Notes: generated by a model not told the origin, from the letters alone. A DNA stretch of 64,000 nt from Phycisphaeraceae bacterium (GCA_963674705.1 OY771506.1:5248001-5312000); one strand, 5' to 3'; counted from the first letter of the stretch, positions 30,350-41,721 are shown. Numbers and translations: made by a program.

Positions 30350-32934
30350 ATGCAGTTGATGCCAACGACTATACCGACTTCGGTGTCTATCAATCGCTTT
30401 GTTCAGTTGCTGCTGATGCTGTTGTTGATCGTGTCTCAGGCACAGATCTCGTCGGCAAGAGGCCCGTGGGATCCACCGGAGTCGGGGGCATGGATTGATC
30501 CGTGGATCATTAATGTCAGCGGGATTCAACAGGATCAGATTGTAACGGGCACAGTCTACATTCAAACACATGTCACCGGGCTCGATGATGCAGACTTCGA
30601 TATGCGGTACCAGGTCGATGGGCCTTCCGGTTTCATCTACACGGCATACGATGAGCCCTTCAAACTCGGTGGCGATAAAGGCTGGGACACCAGCAACGCG
30701 ATCCCGGGCCAATACGAACTGCATGCGTTCCTGATCCGCAACACCGTTGTATCGCGTTCCGCATCTTCGACTTCACAGTCGTTCACACCACAAAAATCAC
30801 AGCGATTCAAGGCATCGAGTCCGGCCAGGTGCTGACCGAACCGACTCGTGTCGAAGCGATCATCGAAGGGGTCACACCGACGCGCGTAACTTTCAGCGTA
30901 CAGGGCCGCTTGAATCTGAACCATACCGAACGGGATGAGCCATACTGCTTACTCGGAGATAACCAGTACTGGGTTGTTGAAAACTTCCCCAACGGTGCAT
31001 ACACATTGACCGTTAGAGCATACGTCGGCGACGACGTGGCAGACGTGCGAAGGGTGTCCTTTTATATTGGCGAAGCTGTCGAGGACATGCCCGGGGAATA
31101 CAACAACGACACATACAAGATGAACGGTGGCGATGGCTACCGATATCCGGACACCACCGACACATCGTCCAACAGCGATCAAAATCCTGACAGCGGGAAT
31201 ACCACGGGCACAGACGAGGATATTGATCACAACGATCTTGGCGATACCAATGAAACGGATGCGGGTGATGATTCAACGGATATGCCCGATGATTCCGGCC
31301 TGGCAGACGACGAAACCGCCGATGACGGCAATACCTCGGCCAACACAGACGACGCAACCGCCGATGCGGAAGCAGGCTCCACAACAGGAATGGACGACGC
31401 TGCCGACGCAGGCATGGATAATGAAGTCGCGGAAGGTTCTTCCGTAGACGATGCAACCGCACAACGTCCCGATGTTGGGCCGCTACCCGATGGATACGAT
31501 CGTGGATTCCTCGGGATGAATCTTGCGGAAGTCACATACTACTCGCGCGAGTGGGTATTTATTGATGTGATGAAGCAGGCACGTCCCTGGCTGCCGACCA
31601 CCCCCGGTAGTTCATCGCCTTGGAACTCAGGCGAAGAACTGAAACTCAACGAAAACGGCTACCCGCTGCTCGCGGCTGGCCAGGCTGCGCATACGCATAT
31701 GATGATTGCTACCGACGGCGCGTACCCGGCCGGTAAGTATGTCTGCACCTATGACGGGGATGGTGAAATCGAGTTTGCGTTTGATGCGAAGGTCACAAGG
31801 CGTGTTGACAACCGCATCGAACTGAGCGTCACACCCAGCGATAACGGCATCTACCTGCGCATCGACCGCTCCAACCCTTCCAATCCGGTGCGCAATATCA
31901 AGGTCTGGATGCCGGGCTTTGAAAATGCCGAATCCAGCTTCCACCCGCTGTACCTCGAAAGGCTAAAGCCGTTCAGCGTGATCCGTTTCATGGACTGGAT
32001 GCACACGAACACGACGGACATCGTCACATGGTCGGACCGACCCCGTAAGGATTACTACACGCAAGCGACGAACCGCGGTGTCGCACTTGAGTACATGATC
32101 GAGCTGTGTAACGAACTCGGCGCCGATCCATGGTTCTGCATGCCGCACACCGCCGACGATGCGTATGTCTACAGTTTCGCCAAGCAGGTCAAGCAGCAGC
32201 TCCGCCCGGACCTGAATGTTTACGTCGAATGGTCCAACGAGGTCTGGAACTCGCAATTCAAGCAACACAAGTGGGTGCAGCAGGTGACCGATAGCGACTC
32301 ACTGTCTGATGCGTTCCGCAAACGTTGGGCTTATGAAGCAAACCGTGACTTCAACATCTGGCGTGATGTCTTTGGCGACCAGTCTCACCGTGTGATACGC
32401 CTGGCCGTCGGGCAGAAAGACAATCCGTGGGTCACCGAAATGCTGGCCGACGAACTGGAAGGCAGATTCGACGCCATCTCCTGCTCGACTTACTTCGGCT
32501 TCAGCGGTTCGCAGGAATCACAACTGAACGCCGGCACCACGCCACAACAGATCCTCAACTGGGCAATTCAGGACATCACCAACGGCAGCGTCCGTCGTAA
32601 TTATCGCGCCCACGGCAAACTCGCTGCGGCATGGTCTGAAACACTCGAGCGAACCATCCCGCTCATCGGCTATGAGGGCGGGCAACACTACACCGCTTAC
32701 GGCCTGAATCCACCGTGGGCACAAGCGATGATAAACGCGCAGCGCCACCCACTGATGTACGACGCCTATATCGCCAACATGCGCGAATGGAAAAACGCCG
32801 GCGGCTCGCTGTTCACCGCTTTCAACTTCGTCAGTACGCCCAGCAAGTGGGGCTCTTGGGGCCAGCTCGAATACATGGACCAGGACATCGCCGAAGCGCC
32901 GAAGTACCGCGCACTTTTAGAGTTTGAGCCCTGA
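30350..32934 (+). pseudogene. Secreted Ig-like repeats + acidic linker + clan GH-A-like ('cellulose-binding protein' type) domain, split by a 1-nt frameshift near 30743
   Basis: ORF 30350..30835 has the signal peptide and first repeat (PFKLGGD); the -1 frame continues RCIAFRIFDFTVV... into ORF 30829..32934 with a second repeat (PYCLLGD), RFMDW, VEWSNEVWN and GYEGGQH. Confidence 0.75.
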
Positions 32935-33051
32935 TCCATATAGAGCGTTTTCAAACCAATTGTAGTGTTCGATGGACAGCGCATCTTAACCTCGCTACGG
33001 CAAGCGATACGACAATTATTGATATGAACAAATAACGTCATTCCCGCGCAC

Positions 33052-34030
33052 GGGCTTTATGCGCCATTTGCTTTAAGTGCTGGCGCTTTCGTACGTTTGC
33101 GCCCATACTGGTGAGAGCCTTACTCGACCTTACTCGACAAGGAGTCACCAGCATGGAACGCGAACTGTGGCACATCTTAGCAACACACCTCACTCACTTG
33201 GCAACCTGCACTCGGCGTGGCCGATTCACGCACCCGGTTACACGCATCGTCCGTGTCTATCTCTGGGCGGTGCTGCATGATCGGCCGGTGTACTGGGCGT
33301 GTGATCGTCGCAACTGGGTCGGCGTCAAGCCGCCGGCGGTGTTGCCGGATCAATCGACGATGAGCCGACGACTCGCCCGGCACGAGACACGCAAGGTGTT
33401 GGACGTGTTGATGGATCGACTCGAACCACAAACCCAACAAGCGCTGACCCTGCGCATCGATGGCAAGCCGTTGCCCGTTGCCAAGCACAGCGCCGACCGT
33501 CGGGCGACGATCGGCCGCGGGGCCGGCGGGTTCCAGAAAGGCTACAAATATCACGCGATTTATGCGGATAATAACCGTCCCGTCGCCTACCGCGTCACGC
33601 CGATGAACGTCGACGAACGCGTCGCCGCCAAGCAGATGATCGGCCAGCAGCCGCACGGCGAAGGCTACCTGCTGGCCGACGCCAACTACGAAACCAACCC
33701 GCTTTATGACCAGGCCGCCGAAGCCGGCCGCGTCCTGGTGACGCCGCGCCGCTTCCGACGCGCCAAAGGCCTGGGCCAGTCACGCCAACACAGCGAGCAC
33801 CGTGTGGCGATGATCCAACGCATGCGTTCGCCTTCACCGTTCATCCGCCGACTGCTCGCCACACGCCGCCAGGTCGAGACACGCCTGGCCAACCTGTGCA
33901 ACTTCGGCGGCGGCCTGACGCACCTGCCGCCATGGGTGCGAGGCCGACGTGTTGAACCTTACGTGACCGCCAAAATCCTGATCCGCCTCGCACGTGACCA
34001 TGTGATCCGACAACGTAGTGCATAAAGCCC
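33052..34030 (+). mobile_element. Complete insertion sequence, 979 bp, DDE type (IS4/IS5/IS982-like)
   Basis: Terminal inverted repeats GGGCTTTATGC(G/A)C; 4 bp target duplication GCAC at 33048-33051 and 34031-34034. Confidence 0.9.
33152..34025 (+). CDS. DDE transposase
   Basis: RIDGKPL, GYKYH, LLADANYE, RRQVETRL; stop codon lies inside the right inverted repeat. Confidence 0.9.
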
Positions 34031-34198
34031 GCACGCGAGAATCCACGCGCCCAATGAATCCTCAGACATGGATCCCCGCCTGCGCGGGGATGACATCAAG
34101 TGGTGAGGTCAAGCGCTACAGTTGGATTGAAAACGTTATAGCCCACATATATTGATCGAATGCGATTCGTGAAAACGACACGCACGCTACATGCAAGA

Positions 34199-35071
34199 TC
34201 AATCCGCTTGTGACACTTGTATCTTGCCGTTATGCGTCCGAGCCGTGCTCTTGCTATCGCCGCCGCTGAATCGTAATTGCATCGATTTGGGTCCGCTGTC
34301 TACGACCTCTACACCATTCAAACCAGACGCCGACACGCGACCATTATTGGTATGCAAGTCGACCTCTCCTGTAAACGAATCCGCCAGCTCAATCTCGATC
34401 TGGCCGTTGTTCGTACGCAGTTCAAACGCATCCTTGACACCGGTCATGTGTACCGCACCATTAGCGGTGCGTGCCTTGATCCTGCCGTCAGTGTTAATCA
34501 CATCGACCCGGCCGTTTGAGGTATCCACATCCACCGGCCCTGTGACATCTTCCACCATGATCTTTCCATTAGAGCTATGTGCATACACCGGGCCGCGCAC
34601 ATCCTGCACAACAATCTGGCCGTTAGATGTCCGCACTACCGCTTCATCGCCTACATGTTCAACACGGACCGCCCCATTAGATGTCTTCACCTCGATCTTC
34701 GCCGCGTCGGGTAAAAGCAGCTCAAACTCACAAGCCTCATTGTTCAATGGCTTACCACCCGGCCACTCGACAAACACTTCCAACACACCCGAATCATCAC
34801 GTTTGGCGATCACCACCGCCTCCGCTAGACGCTCTTTCGTTTGTGCCCGAAGCTCCGCGGTGATCTGTACATCTGCACGATCGTCCTGATATACCGCTAC
34901 GGCTCCGTTGTGGGTCGTGACCCGAAGCCCGGCTCCTGCAGCATGCTCCACATGCAGTACGCGCGTCTCCCGTTCGTTCGCCGGCAAACCCTTGCCGGAC
35001 TGACATCCCGCCAACCCCACTAAAATCAACAGACATAACAACCTGAGCCCAAATCCAAATGAGCGTGCCAT
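34199..35071 (-). CDS. DUF4097 beta-strand repeat lipoprotein
   Basis: Lipobox LAGC; repeated T-(S/H/N/A)-N-G motifs. Confidence 0.88.
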   Translation of the reverse strand: MARSFGFGLRLLCLLILVGLAGCQSGKGLPANERETRVLHVEHAAGAGLRVTTHNGAVAVYQDDRADVQITAELRAQTKERLAEAVVIAKRDDSGVLEVFVEWPGGKPLNNEACEFELLLPDAAKIEVKTSNGAVRVEHVGDEAVVRTSNGQIVVQDVRGPVYAHSSNGKIMVEDVTGPVDVDTSNGRVDVINTDGRIKARTANGAVHMTGVKDAFELRTNNGQIEIELADSFTGEVDLHTNNGRVSASGLNGVEVVDSGPKSMQLRFSGGDSKSTARTHNGKIQVSQAD

Positions 35072-35443
35072 GAGATGCTCTCCAACCTGATGCGTCCGAA
35101 TTGTCCACCCGCCCCACCGACCCCCATGAGTCGGAACTCATAAGTTTATATTCCAGCAACCGGCCCAATCAGTCAATTGATGATCGATTATGATGGGCGT
35201 TTGAAGTGTTTGAAGCGAAATTCCGAACAACCACTCGACACGTTAAGATAAACCCGTTGCGGAGACGAACGGCCTAGGATAAGCATGTTTTCAGCCAGAA
35301 ATACCCCAGTGACACGCCGACATGCTGATTGAAGCCGGACCGCTTGCGCAAACGGATAATTTCATAGATTAATTTGCTTCGCAAGAGCCATAAATGCCTG
35401 TATAATCTCAGTCCATATACGACGCCCTGAATTGGATACACCT

Positions 35444-36496
35444 ATGCCCGGACGTCTGGTTTTTACCTGCCTGCTGACCATAACACTTGGGATGACGACT
35501 CCAATGAATGTAATCGCTGAACGTGCTGACACCTGGATTAATCCGATCGTACCCCAGCGGGCAGACCCGCATGTGTTTCTGCACACCGATGGGTACTACT
35601 ACCTGACCGCAACCGCACCAGAATACGACCGGATCGAACTTCGTCGCTCACGCACGCTCGCAGGATTGTCCACCGCGGAGGTCACAACCGTCTGGCGTAG
35701 GCGCGAAACAGGCATCATGGGCGATCACATCTGGGCGCCGGAAATACACTTCATCGACGGCAAATGGTACATCTACTTCACCGCCGGCGAAGCGGAAGAT
35801 AAGTGGCTGATCCGCTTGTACGTCATCGAAAATCCTTCCGCCGACCCGATGGAAGGTGAATGGATCGAACACGGCCGACTCAAGACCAACTGGGACTGCT
35901 TCACGCTCGACGCCACAACGTTCGCCCATCGCGGCAAGCGTTATCTTGTCTGGACACAAAAAGACGACAACAAGCCGACCGAGCCGCGAGACCCCGGCAC
36001 GCACATCTACATCGCCGAAATGGATACGCCCACGTCGATCAAGGGCGAACAAGTCAAACTGACGACCCCCGAATATGACTGGGAGCGGATCGGCCATTGG
36101 GTCAACGAAGGGCCGGCTGTACTGATCCGACACGGCAAGATCTTCATAACATTCTCCGCCAGCGCGACGGATGCGAACTACTGCCTCGGTCTGCTGACCG
36201 CCGACGAAGATGCGGACCCGCTTGATCCGAAGTCCTGGACGAAAACAAAACACCCGGTCTTCAAGAGCAACCCCGAGACAAGCCAGTTCGGCCCGGGTCA
36301 TAACTCGTTCACCACCACGCCGGACGGCAAGACCGACATCATCGTCTACCACGCCCGCAACTATGAACACATCGACGGTGATCCGCTGGATAATCCCGAC
36401 CGTGCAACACGGGCCCAAGTCATCAAGTGGCGAGAAGACGGCACACCCGACTTCGGCATCCCCGTCGCGGATGGCGAGTATGCGATCGAAGAATAA
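35444..36496 (+). CDS. GH43 alpha-L-arabinofuranosidase-like glycoside hydrolase
   Basis: QRADPH, IWAPEIH, TLDAT, VNEGP, GPGHNSF, YHAR. Confidence 0.93.
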   Translation: MPGRLVFTCLLTITLGMTTPMNVIAERADTWINPIVPQRADPHVFLHTDGYYYLTATAPEYDRIELRRSRTLAGLSTAEVTTVWRRRETGIMGDHIWAPEIHFIDGKWYIYFTAGEAEDKWLIRLYVIENPSADPMEGEWIEHGRLKTNWDCFTLDATTFAHRGKRYLVWTQKDDNKPTEPRDPGTHIYIAEMDTPTSIKGEQVKLTTPEYDWERIGHWVNEGPAVLIRHGKIFITFSASATDANYCLGLLTADEDADPLDPKSWTKTKHPVFKSNPETSQFGPGHNSFTTTPDGKTDIIVYHARNYEHIDGDPLDNPDRATRAQVIKWREDGTPDFGIPVADGEYAIEE

Positions 36497-36593
36497 ACAA
36501 CAGCGATAAATCAGTAATAATCAGGCATGAATGATGATTTGTTTTCACAGTATGTACTACTGAGCAACGACTTCATGATTTCCGCTTCCTGAT

Positions 36594-37652
36594 TCATACT
36601 TCACGTAGCATTCCTGTCGATTCGCCCTCGAACAACTCGATCGCATCATTGGATAACACCATGGGGCCGACCCAGGGACGGCTGCTGTCGAAGACCCATT
36701 CCATACATAACCGCAACAGCGGGCGCAAATCAGGTTCGCACAGGCAGGTGATTGAGGGAACGGTATAACGTGCATATGACTCGTCGTTCATGCAGCAGAT
36801 GGATAAGTCCTGACCGGCCTTGAGGCCTCGGTCCGCCATCGCACGGACCGCGCCGACCGCGGCCGGCATCGTGGTGCAGACCACCGCACTGCCTTGAACA
36901 TCTTCTGAATCCAGCAAGGCGCCGAACTCAGCCACCGCCCGTTCGATCGGCAGATCGTGTGCATTCTCAGGATTACCGATCAGTCGGCCATCAAACCGGC
37001 GCATCGACCGCCAGAGATTCCATTGATGGATCCTCCCTTCGATCACTTCATCGATCGGCTGAACGTTGAAGCAATCAACATGATGGTGCCCATGGTCAGC
37101 CAAATGATCAAACAATCGACGATACGCGGTGCTTGAAAACGGGATAATCGAACGGACACCGAATTGTGAGTAGTCGTACTCGATGGCCAGCAACGATTCG
37201 CTGTAATCCTGCAGTATCCCGACCACACGATTGGGTAGTGGCTCGGCTGCGGGACACAGAAAAACCGCCTCAAAACCCGCTAGTGTTTCGTTGATCACCG
37301 GATCGTTCCAGTGCGTGTACATCACCATGCGTACCTTCGCACCGAACTCCTCTGCCACCTGCGTAATGCGCAAACGCCAGGTCTCGATGATTGGGGAAGT
37401 GATGGACGGGACAAGCAAGCCAACCGGGCCTCGCTTGTTACCGGATCGGCTGGAAACTACGACGCGACGGTTGGGCAAACGCTCCAACATGCCGTTGTCG
37501 ATCAGTTGAAGCAAAGCGCTACGTGCCGTCATGCGGGTTACGTTGAACTCATCTGACAGCGCACGCTCACTGGGCAAGCCGCCCCCGACGTAGTCGCCAT
37601 GCCGTATCCGCTTTTCGAGCGTCTGAATCAGTTCACGTGTTTTGCCACGCAT
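36594..37652 (-). CDS. GntR-HTH / LacI-type effector domain regulator (AraR-like)
   Basis: LPSERALSDEFNVTRMTARSAL; C-terminal AVGAVRAMADRGL...DLSI...PSIT. Confidence 0.9.
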   Translation of the reverse strand: MRGKTRELIQTLEKRIRHGDYVGGGLPSERALSDEFNVTRMTARSALLQLIDNGMLERLPNRRVVVSSRSGNKRGPVGLLVPSITSPIIETWRLRITQVAEEFGAKVRMVMYTHWNDPVINETLAGFEAVFLCPAAEPLPNRVVGILQDYSESLLAIEYDYSQFGVRSIIPFSSTAYRRLFDHLADHGHHHVDCFNVQPIDEVIEGRIHQWNLWRSMRRFDGRLIGNPENAHDLPIERAVAEFGALLDSEDVQGSAVVCTTMPAAVGAVRAMADRGLKAGQDLSICCMNDESYARYTVPSITCLCEPDLRPLLRLCMEWVFDSSRPWVGPMVLSNDAIELFEGESTGMLREV

Positions 37653-37999
37653 CCGCTTACCTCTGCTGCATTAACAATGTTCATGTCAATATCTGAAGTT
37701 TTATCATGCTTAAAAGCTCATATTCTGCTAACCATTTTGGTACAGTAAAAAGATCCCAACCTAAAAGCAACCATTATGGCACAACCACCCTTTTTGGTTT
37801 AATAAGGCTTTTTTTACCTTTCTAGACGCCGTATCGGCATCTGGTACTGCACAATATACCGCATGCAAGGCAATACTTGTGTTAGAATTGTGTACAAACT
37901 ATATACATTAACAGTATTTTCACACCATTTTGGTTACCCTTCGCGCGGTTGCACTCAACCAAGCGATCAGCATTAACCCTCAGCTAAGGAGATGGGAAG

Positions 38000-38902
38000 A
38001 TGGGTAACCAAGCAACAAGTACATGTAAGTGGAACACAGGAAGGGCCTTGGTGTTCGGACTGGGTCTGGCAGGATTTGCAATCGGCGTACAAGCCGACAT
38101 CCTTATCACTGAAGTCATGTATGACCCGAACCTGGGTAACGAACACGAATACGTCGAACTCTACAACTCCGGCACCGAAACCGTAGACCTGACCGACTAC
38201 GTGATCGCAGATGATCCGAATCAGGATTTTCCCAATTCATACACACTCACCAGTGGCTCTATTGCTCCCGGTGGGACCGCAGTCCTGATCCGTATCGACA
38301 CCGCCCGCACATTGGAAAACTTCCAAAACGCATGGGGTACGGACATCAACTGGATCGAAGTGCCCGTTTGGCCCGTCTTCACCAACGGTGGAGACATTGT
38401 TGAACTCAGTGATCCGTTGGGGACTGTGATCGCTTCTGTCAACTACAACGTCACCAACGGCTTCCCCTTCCCGAACGACTCGTCCTCGATCTACATGGTC
38501 GATGTGACTGCAGAGGCGCCATACGACCCAACCAACTGGGCCTTGAGCACGGACGGCGTCGATGGTGCTCACTACGGCAACGCACCGCGGGTAAACGACC
38601 TCGGCAGCCCCGGTTATGTGCCCGGTGTAGAAACAGCGATCGATGGCGACCTGAATGGCGACGGTTTCGTCGGCCTGGATGATCTGGACATCATCCTCAG
38701 TGCATGGAACCAGAACGTACCGCCCGCCGATAGTTCCGCCGACCCTACTGGCGACGGCTTTGTCGGCCTGGATGACCTGGACATCGTGCTGAACAACTGG
38801 AACGCCGGCACCCCGCCCACACAAGGCGCAGCCGTCCCCGAACCGTCCAGCCTGGCACTGCTCAGCCTTGGCATCGCCGCAGCGCTACGTCGTCGTTATT
38901 AA
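38000..38902 (+). CDS. Lamin-tail domain + dockerin-like + PEP-CTERM protein
   Basis: ILITEVMYDP, EYVELYN, GSPG; two DGFVGLDDLDI repeats; VPEPSSLALL...RRR. Confidence 0.9.
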   Translation: MGNQATSTCKWNTGRALVFGLGLAGFAIGVQADILITEVMYDPNLGNEHEYVELYNSGTETVDLTDYVIADDPNQDFPNSYTLTSGSIAPGGTAVLIRIDTARTLENFQNAWGTDINWIEVPVWPVFTNGGDIVELSDPLGTVIASVNYNVTNGFPFPNDSSSIYMVDVTAEAPYDPTNWALSTDGVDGAHYGNAPRVNDLGSPGYVPGVETAIDGDLNGDGFVGLDDLDIILSAWNQNVPPADSSADPTGDGFVGLDDLDIVLNNWNAGTPPTQGAAVPEPSSLALLSLGIAAALRRRY

Positions 38903-38983
38903 CTTCCCCAATCCGATCAGGCCGGCCAACGTGCCATCCTGATTGGATTTTATTTATCCCCATTACCTGTTAGGAGGAGAAGG

Positions 38984-39628
38984 ATGATCAAGACAACTGC
39001 ATTGTTGACAGTTTTGGGCCTGACGGCCGCTACCCAAGCCGACATTCTCATCACCGAAGTGATGTATGACAATGCCGGCGGCAACGAACACGAGTACATC
39101 GAGTTGTACAACAACAGCTCCAGCACAATCGATCTGACCGGTTACACGATCAGTGATGATCCGGCACAGGACACACCACACACGTATACCCTGACAAGCG
39201 GTTCGGTCGAACCCGGTGGTACAGCCGTGCTGGTTCGTATCGATACCGCCCGACTGATTGGGAACTATGAAAATGCCTGGGGTGCTTCCATCAACTGGAT
39301 TCAAGTTCCTACCTGGCCGGTCTTTTCCAACGGCGGTGATGTGGTCGTGCTGACCGATCCCAGTAACAACGTTGTCACTTCGGTGGCATACGGCACGGGC
39401 GTTGGTTTCCCGGCGTCGAACGATTCGGCTTCGATCTACATGCTCGATGTGGACGCCGCCAATCCATACGACGCGTCCAACTGGGCGCTGAGCCAGGATG
39501 GCGTGGACGGCGCGCGTTACGGCAACTCGCCACGCACCGCTGACATTGGCAGCCCCGGCGTCATCCCCGAACCCGCCTCCCTGGCCCTGATGGCCTTGGG
39601 CGTGGCCGCAATGATCCGCCGTCGTTAA
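38984..39628 (+). CDS. Lamin-tail domain + PEP-CTERM protein (paralog of previous gene, lacking the dockerin)
   Basis: ILITEVMYDN, EYIELYN, GSPG-VIPEPASLAL...RRR. Confidence 0.9.
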   Translation: MIKTTALLTVLGLTAATQADILITEVMYDNAGGNEHEYIELYNNSSSTIDLTGYTISDDPAQDTPHTYTLTSGSVEPGGTAVLVRIDTARLIGNYENAWGASINWIQVPTWPVFSNGGDVVVLTDPSNNVVTSVAYGTGVGFPASNDSASIYMLDVDAANPYDASNWALSQDGVDGARYGNSPRTADIGSPGVIPEPASLALMALGVAAMIRRR

Positions 39629-39676
39629 GCACCTATACCCCGCGCGGCCTGTTGGGGAAATCCGGTCGGCCGCCTT

Positions 39677-40513
39677 ATGAAAGAAGATAGATTTTCGCCG
39701 CTGTCACGGACCCGATACCGGCGTCGCGCCTTTACGCTTATTGAGCTGCTGGTCGTCATCAGTATCATTGCGCTACTCATCGGTATCCTCTTGCCCGCGC
39801 TCGGCGCAGCACGCAACTCTGCTCGCGATGTGATCTGCATGACGCATGTCCGCACGCATACACAGGCGTTCGCCATCTATGCCGCAGACAGTGACGACCA
39901 TATCCCGCCTTTCTCCGAGGGTGTGCCCGGCGACGCAACCTCTCCCAATTACAGTTCCTCGCAAGACCCACGCGTTGGTGGTGGGAAAGTCTGGTACGAG
40001 TTCCTCGTCGAACATGGATCGGCTTACGATAAGTACGACACCACTATCACGAATCACAAAGACCCACGTGAAGGTGTCTGGCTCTGCCCCCGCACGGACG
40101 GCTACGAGATGAAGGATGTGCATGGAAGCACACCGACATGGGGTGGCGGCTATGGTGTGGCGATCAACGTGATCGGATACGCGCAGGGTCGCAATTCATA
40201 CGCCGACGGCTCTCCAACCATGAGCGAAGTTCGTAGCGCGACCAATCTGATGCTCGTTGGCGATACCGGGCGACCCGACTTTTACGAGGCAAAGGGGACG
40301 CCATTCAGATACGTCACGTGGATGCGTGCGATGAATCCGCCCTATTCCTGGCTTGCGCCCAAGGGCGACCAAGTTGCCGCACGGCATAACGAAAGCGCCA
40401 ACATCGGCTTCTTTGATGGGCACGCCTCGAAAGTGGATTACGAAGCGATCCAGGACAACGAAAATGATCTGTTCGGCCTGGAAGACGATCGCGTCACCAA
40501 CCGCAACAAATAA
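39677..40513 (+). CDS. Prepilin cleavage/methylation DUF1559-like protein with H-X9-DG motif
   Basis: [40 protein letters not shown]. Confidence 0.92.
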   Translation: MKEDRFSPLSRTRYRRRAFTLIELLVVISIIALLIGILLPALGAARNSARDVICMTHVRTHTQAFAIYAADSDDHIPPFSEGVPGDATSPNYSSSQDPRVGGGKVWYEFLVEHGSAYDKYDTTITNHKDPREGVWLCPRTDGYEMKDVHGSTPTWGGGYGVAINVIGYAQGRNSYADGSPTMSEVRSATNLMLVGDTGRPDFYEAKGTPFRYVTWMRAMNPPYSWLAPKGDQVAARHNESANIGFFDGHASKVDYEAIQDNENDLFGLEDDRVTNRNK

Positions 40514-40548
40514 GTGCCAGATACCACATGGGTACAAGGATCGGCGTT

Positions 40549-41706
40549 ATGCAGCATAACGAAAAGCGCTTCACCTTAACACGACGTCACTTCCTGTCCG
40601 CATCGGTTGGGGTGCTGGCGGCGGGATTACTGCCAACACGTATCGTCTTGGGAAACACCAGCGATCCAACACCCCGTCCACGATCGCAAGCACTCTACGG
40701 CGTGGCACTACTCGGTGACCTGCACTACGACCAGATGTCGCACCACGACTTCGACTGGGTCAAAGCTGAGAAGCCCGGCGATATACGGCAGATCGAAGGT
40801 TATGTCGAGGCTACGAACAACCACATGCCCCGGCTGTTTAACCAAGTCAAACAGGTCATTCATACAGCACCGGCGCCTGTCGTTGCGGTAGTTCACATTG
40901 GTGACTTCGTTGAAGGGCTTTGCGGTAGCTACGACCTGCAAGCCAGGCAATCACGCGACGCGATCGACTTTGTAGAGACGTGTGAATTGGGCGTGCCTTT
41001 CATCATGTCCAAGGGTAACCACGACATCACCGGCCCGGGTGCCGACAAAGCGTTCAACGATGTGCTGTTGCCGTGGATGGCAAAGAACGCGAAGTCTCAA
41101 CTTAACTCAGCAAACTACACATGGCAGCAAGGCGAGGACCTGTTCATCTTCTTCGACGCGTACAAGCCGGACATGGATTGGCTGAAGTCACGATCCGCTC
41201 AGGCACAACAGGCCAGGCACGTGTTCTTCGTGATCCATCCGCCTGTCGTGCCGTACAACGCCCGAGCGAACTGGCATGTTTTCAGTCATGACAGCCAGAA
41301 ACAACAACGCGAAGAACTGACCAAATGGCTGGGCGAGCACAACGCGTCCGTGCTCAGCGGCCACCTGCACCGTTACAGCAACCTTATGCGCACAGACACA
41401 AACGGCTCCTTCAACCAGTTGGCTGTCTGCAGCGTCGTTCGGAATGAATCCGAATCCCCAAAGATCATGCGGTCCGGCGTCAAAGACTACAACTCCAGAT
41501 TGCTCGATCTTGAACCAAACTTCTCACCCAACAGTAAGGAAGAACGTGCCGCATGGATCAGCACCGAAGCGCCGTACATCAAAGGCTTCGACTACGCACG
41601 CATCCCCGGCTACGCCATGCTCTGGATCTATGCAGATCGAGTCGAGGCCGATGTCTATCTAGGCGCCGATGAACAGGTGTGGAAGCAGTCGACGATCAGC
41701 GTGTGA
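40549..41706 (+). CDS. Tat-exported calcineurin-like metallophosphoesterase
   Basis: TRRHFL; GDLH, IGDFV, GNHD, SGHLH. Confidence 0.9.
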   Translation: MQHNEKRFTLTRRHFLSASVGVLAAGLLPTRIVLGNTSDPTPRPRSQALYGVALLGDLHYDQMSHHDFDWVKAEKPGDIRQIEGYVEATNNHMPRLFNQVKQVIHTAPAPVVAVVHIGDFVEGLCGSYDLQARQSRDAIDFVETCELGVPFIMSKGNHDITGPGADKAFNDVLLPWMAKNAKSQLNSANYTWQQGEDLFIFFDAYKPDMDWLKSRSAQAQQARHVFFVIHPPVVPYNARANWHVFSHDSQKQQREELTKWLGEHNASVLSGHLHRYSNLMRTDTNGSFNQLAVCSVVRNESESPKIMRSGVKDYNSRLLDLEPNFSPNSKEERAAWISTEAPYIKGFDYARIPGYAMLWIYADRVEADVYLGADEQVWKQSTISV

Positions 41707-41721
41707 TATCGATAACCAGAA

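Larger units (their letters stand above)
32941..34140. repeat. MITE-like shell with imperfect ~31 bp inverted ends enclosing a palindromic repeat and an IS
   Basis: Left end TAGAGCGTTTTCAAACCAATTGTAGTGTTCG; reverse complement of right end TATAACGTTTTCAATCCAACTGTAGCGCTTG. Confidence 0.6.

Noticed and set aside
31140..31470. CRISPR or tandem DNA repeat
   Set aside because: Low-complexity Asp/Thr/Ala linker coding sequence with no repeat-spacer structure.
38000..39628. Diversity-generating retroelement template/variable repeat pair
   Set aside because: Differences are not adenine-specific and no reverse transcriptase is present; ordinary gene duplication.
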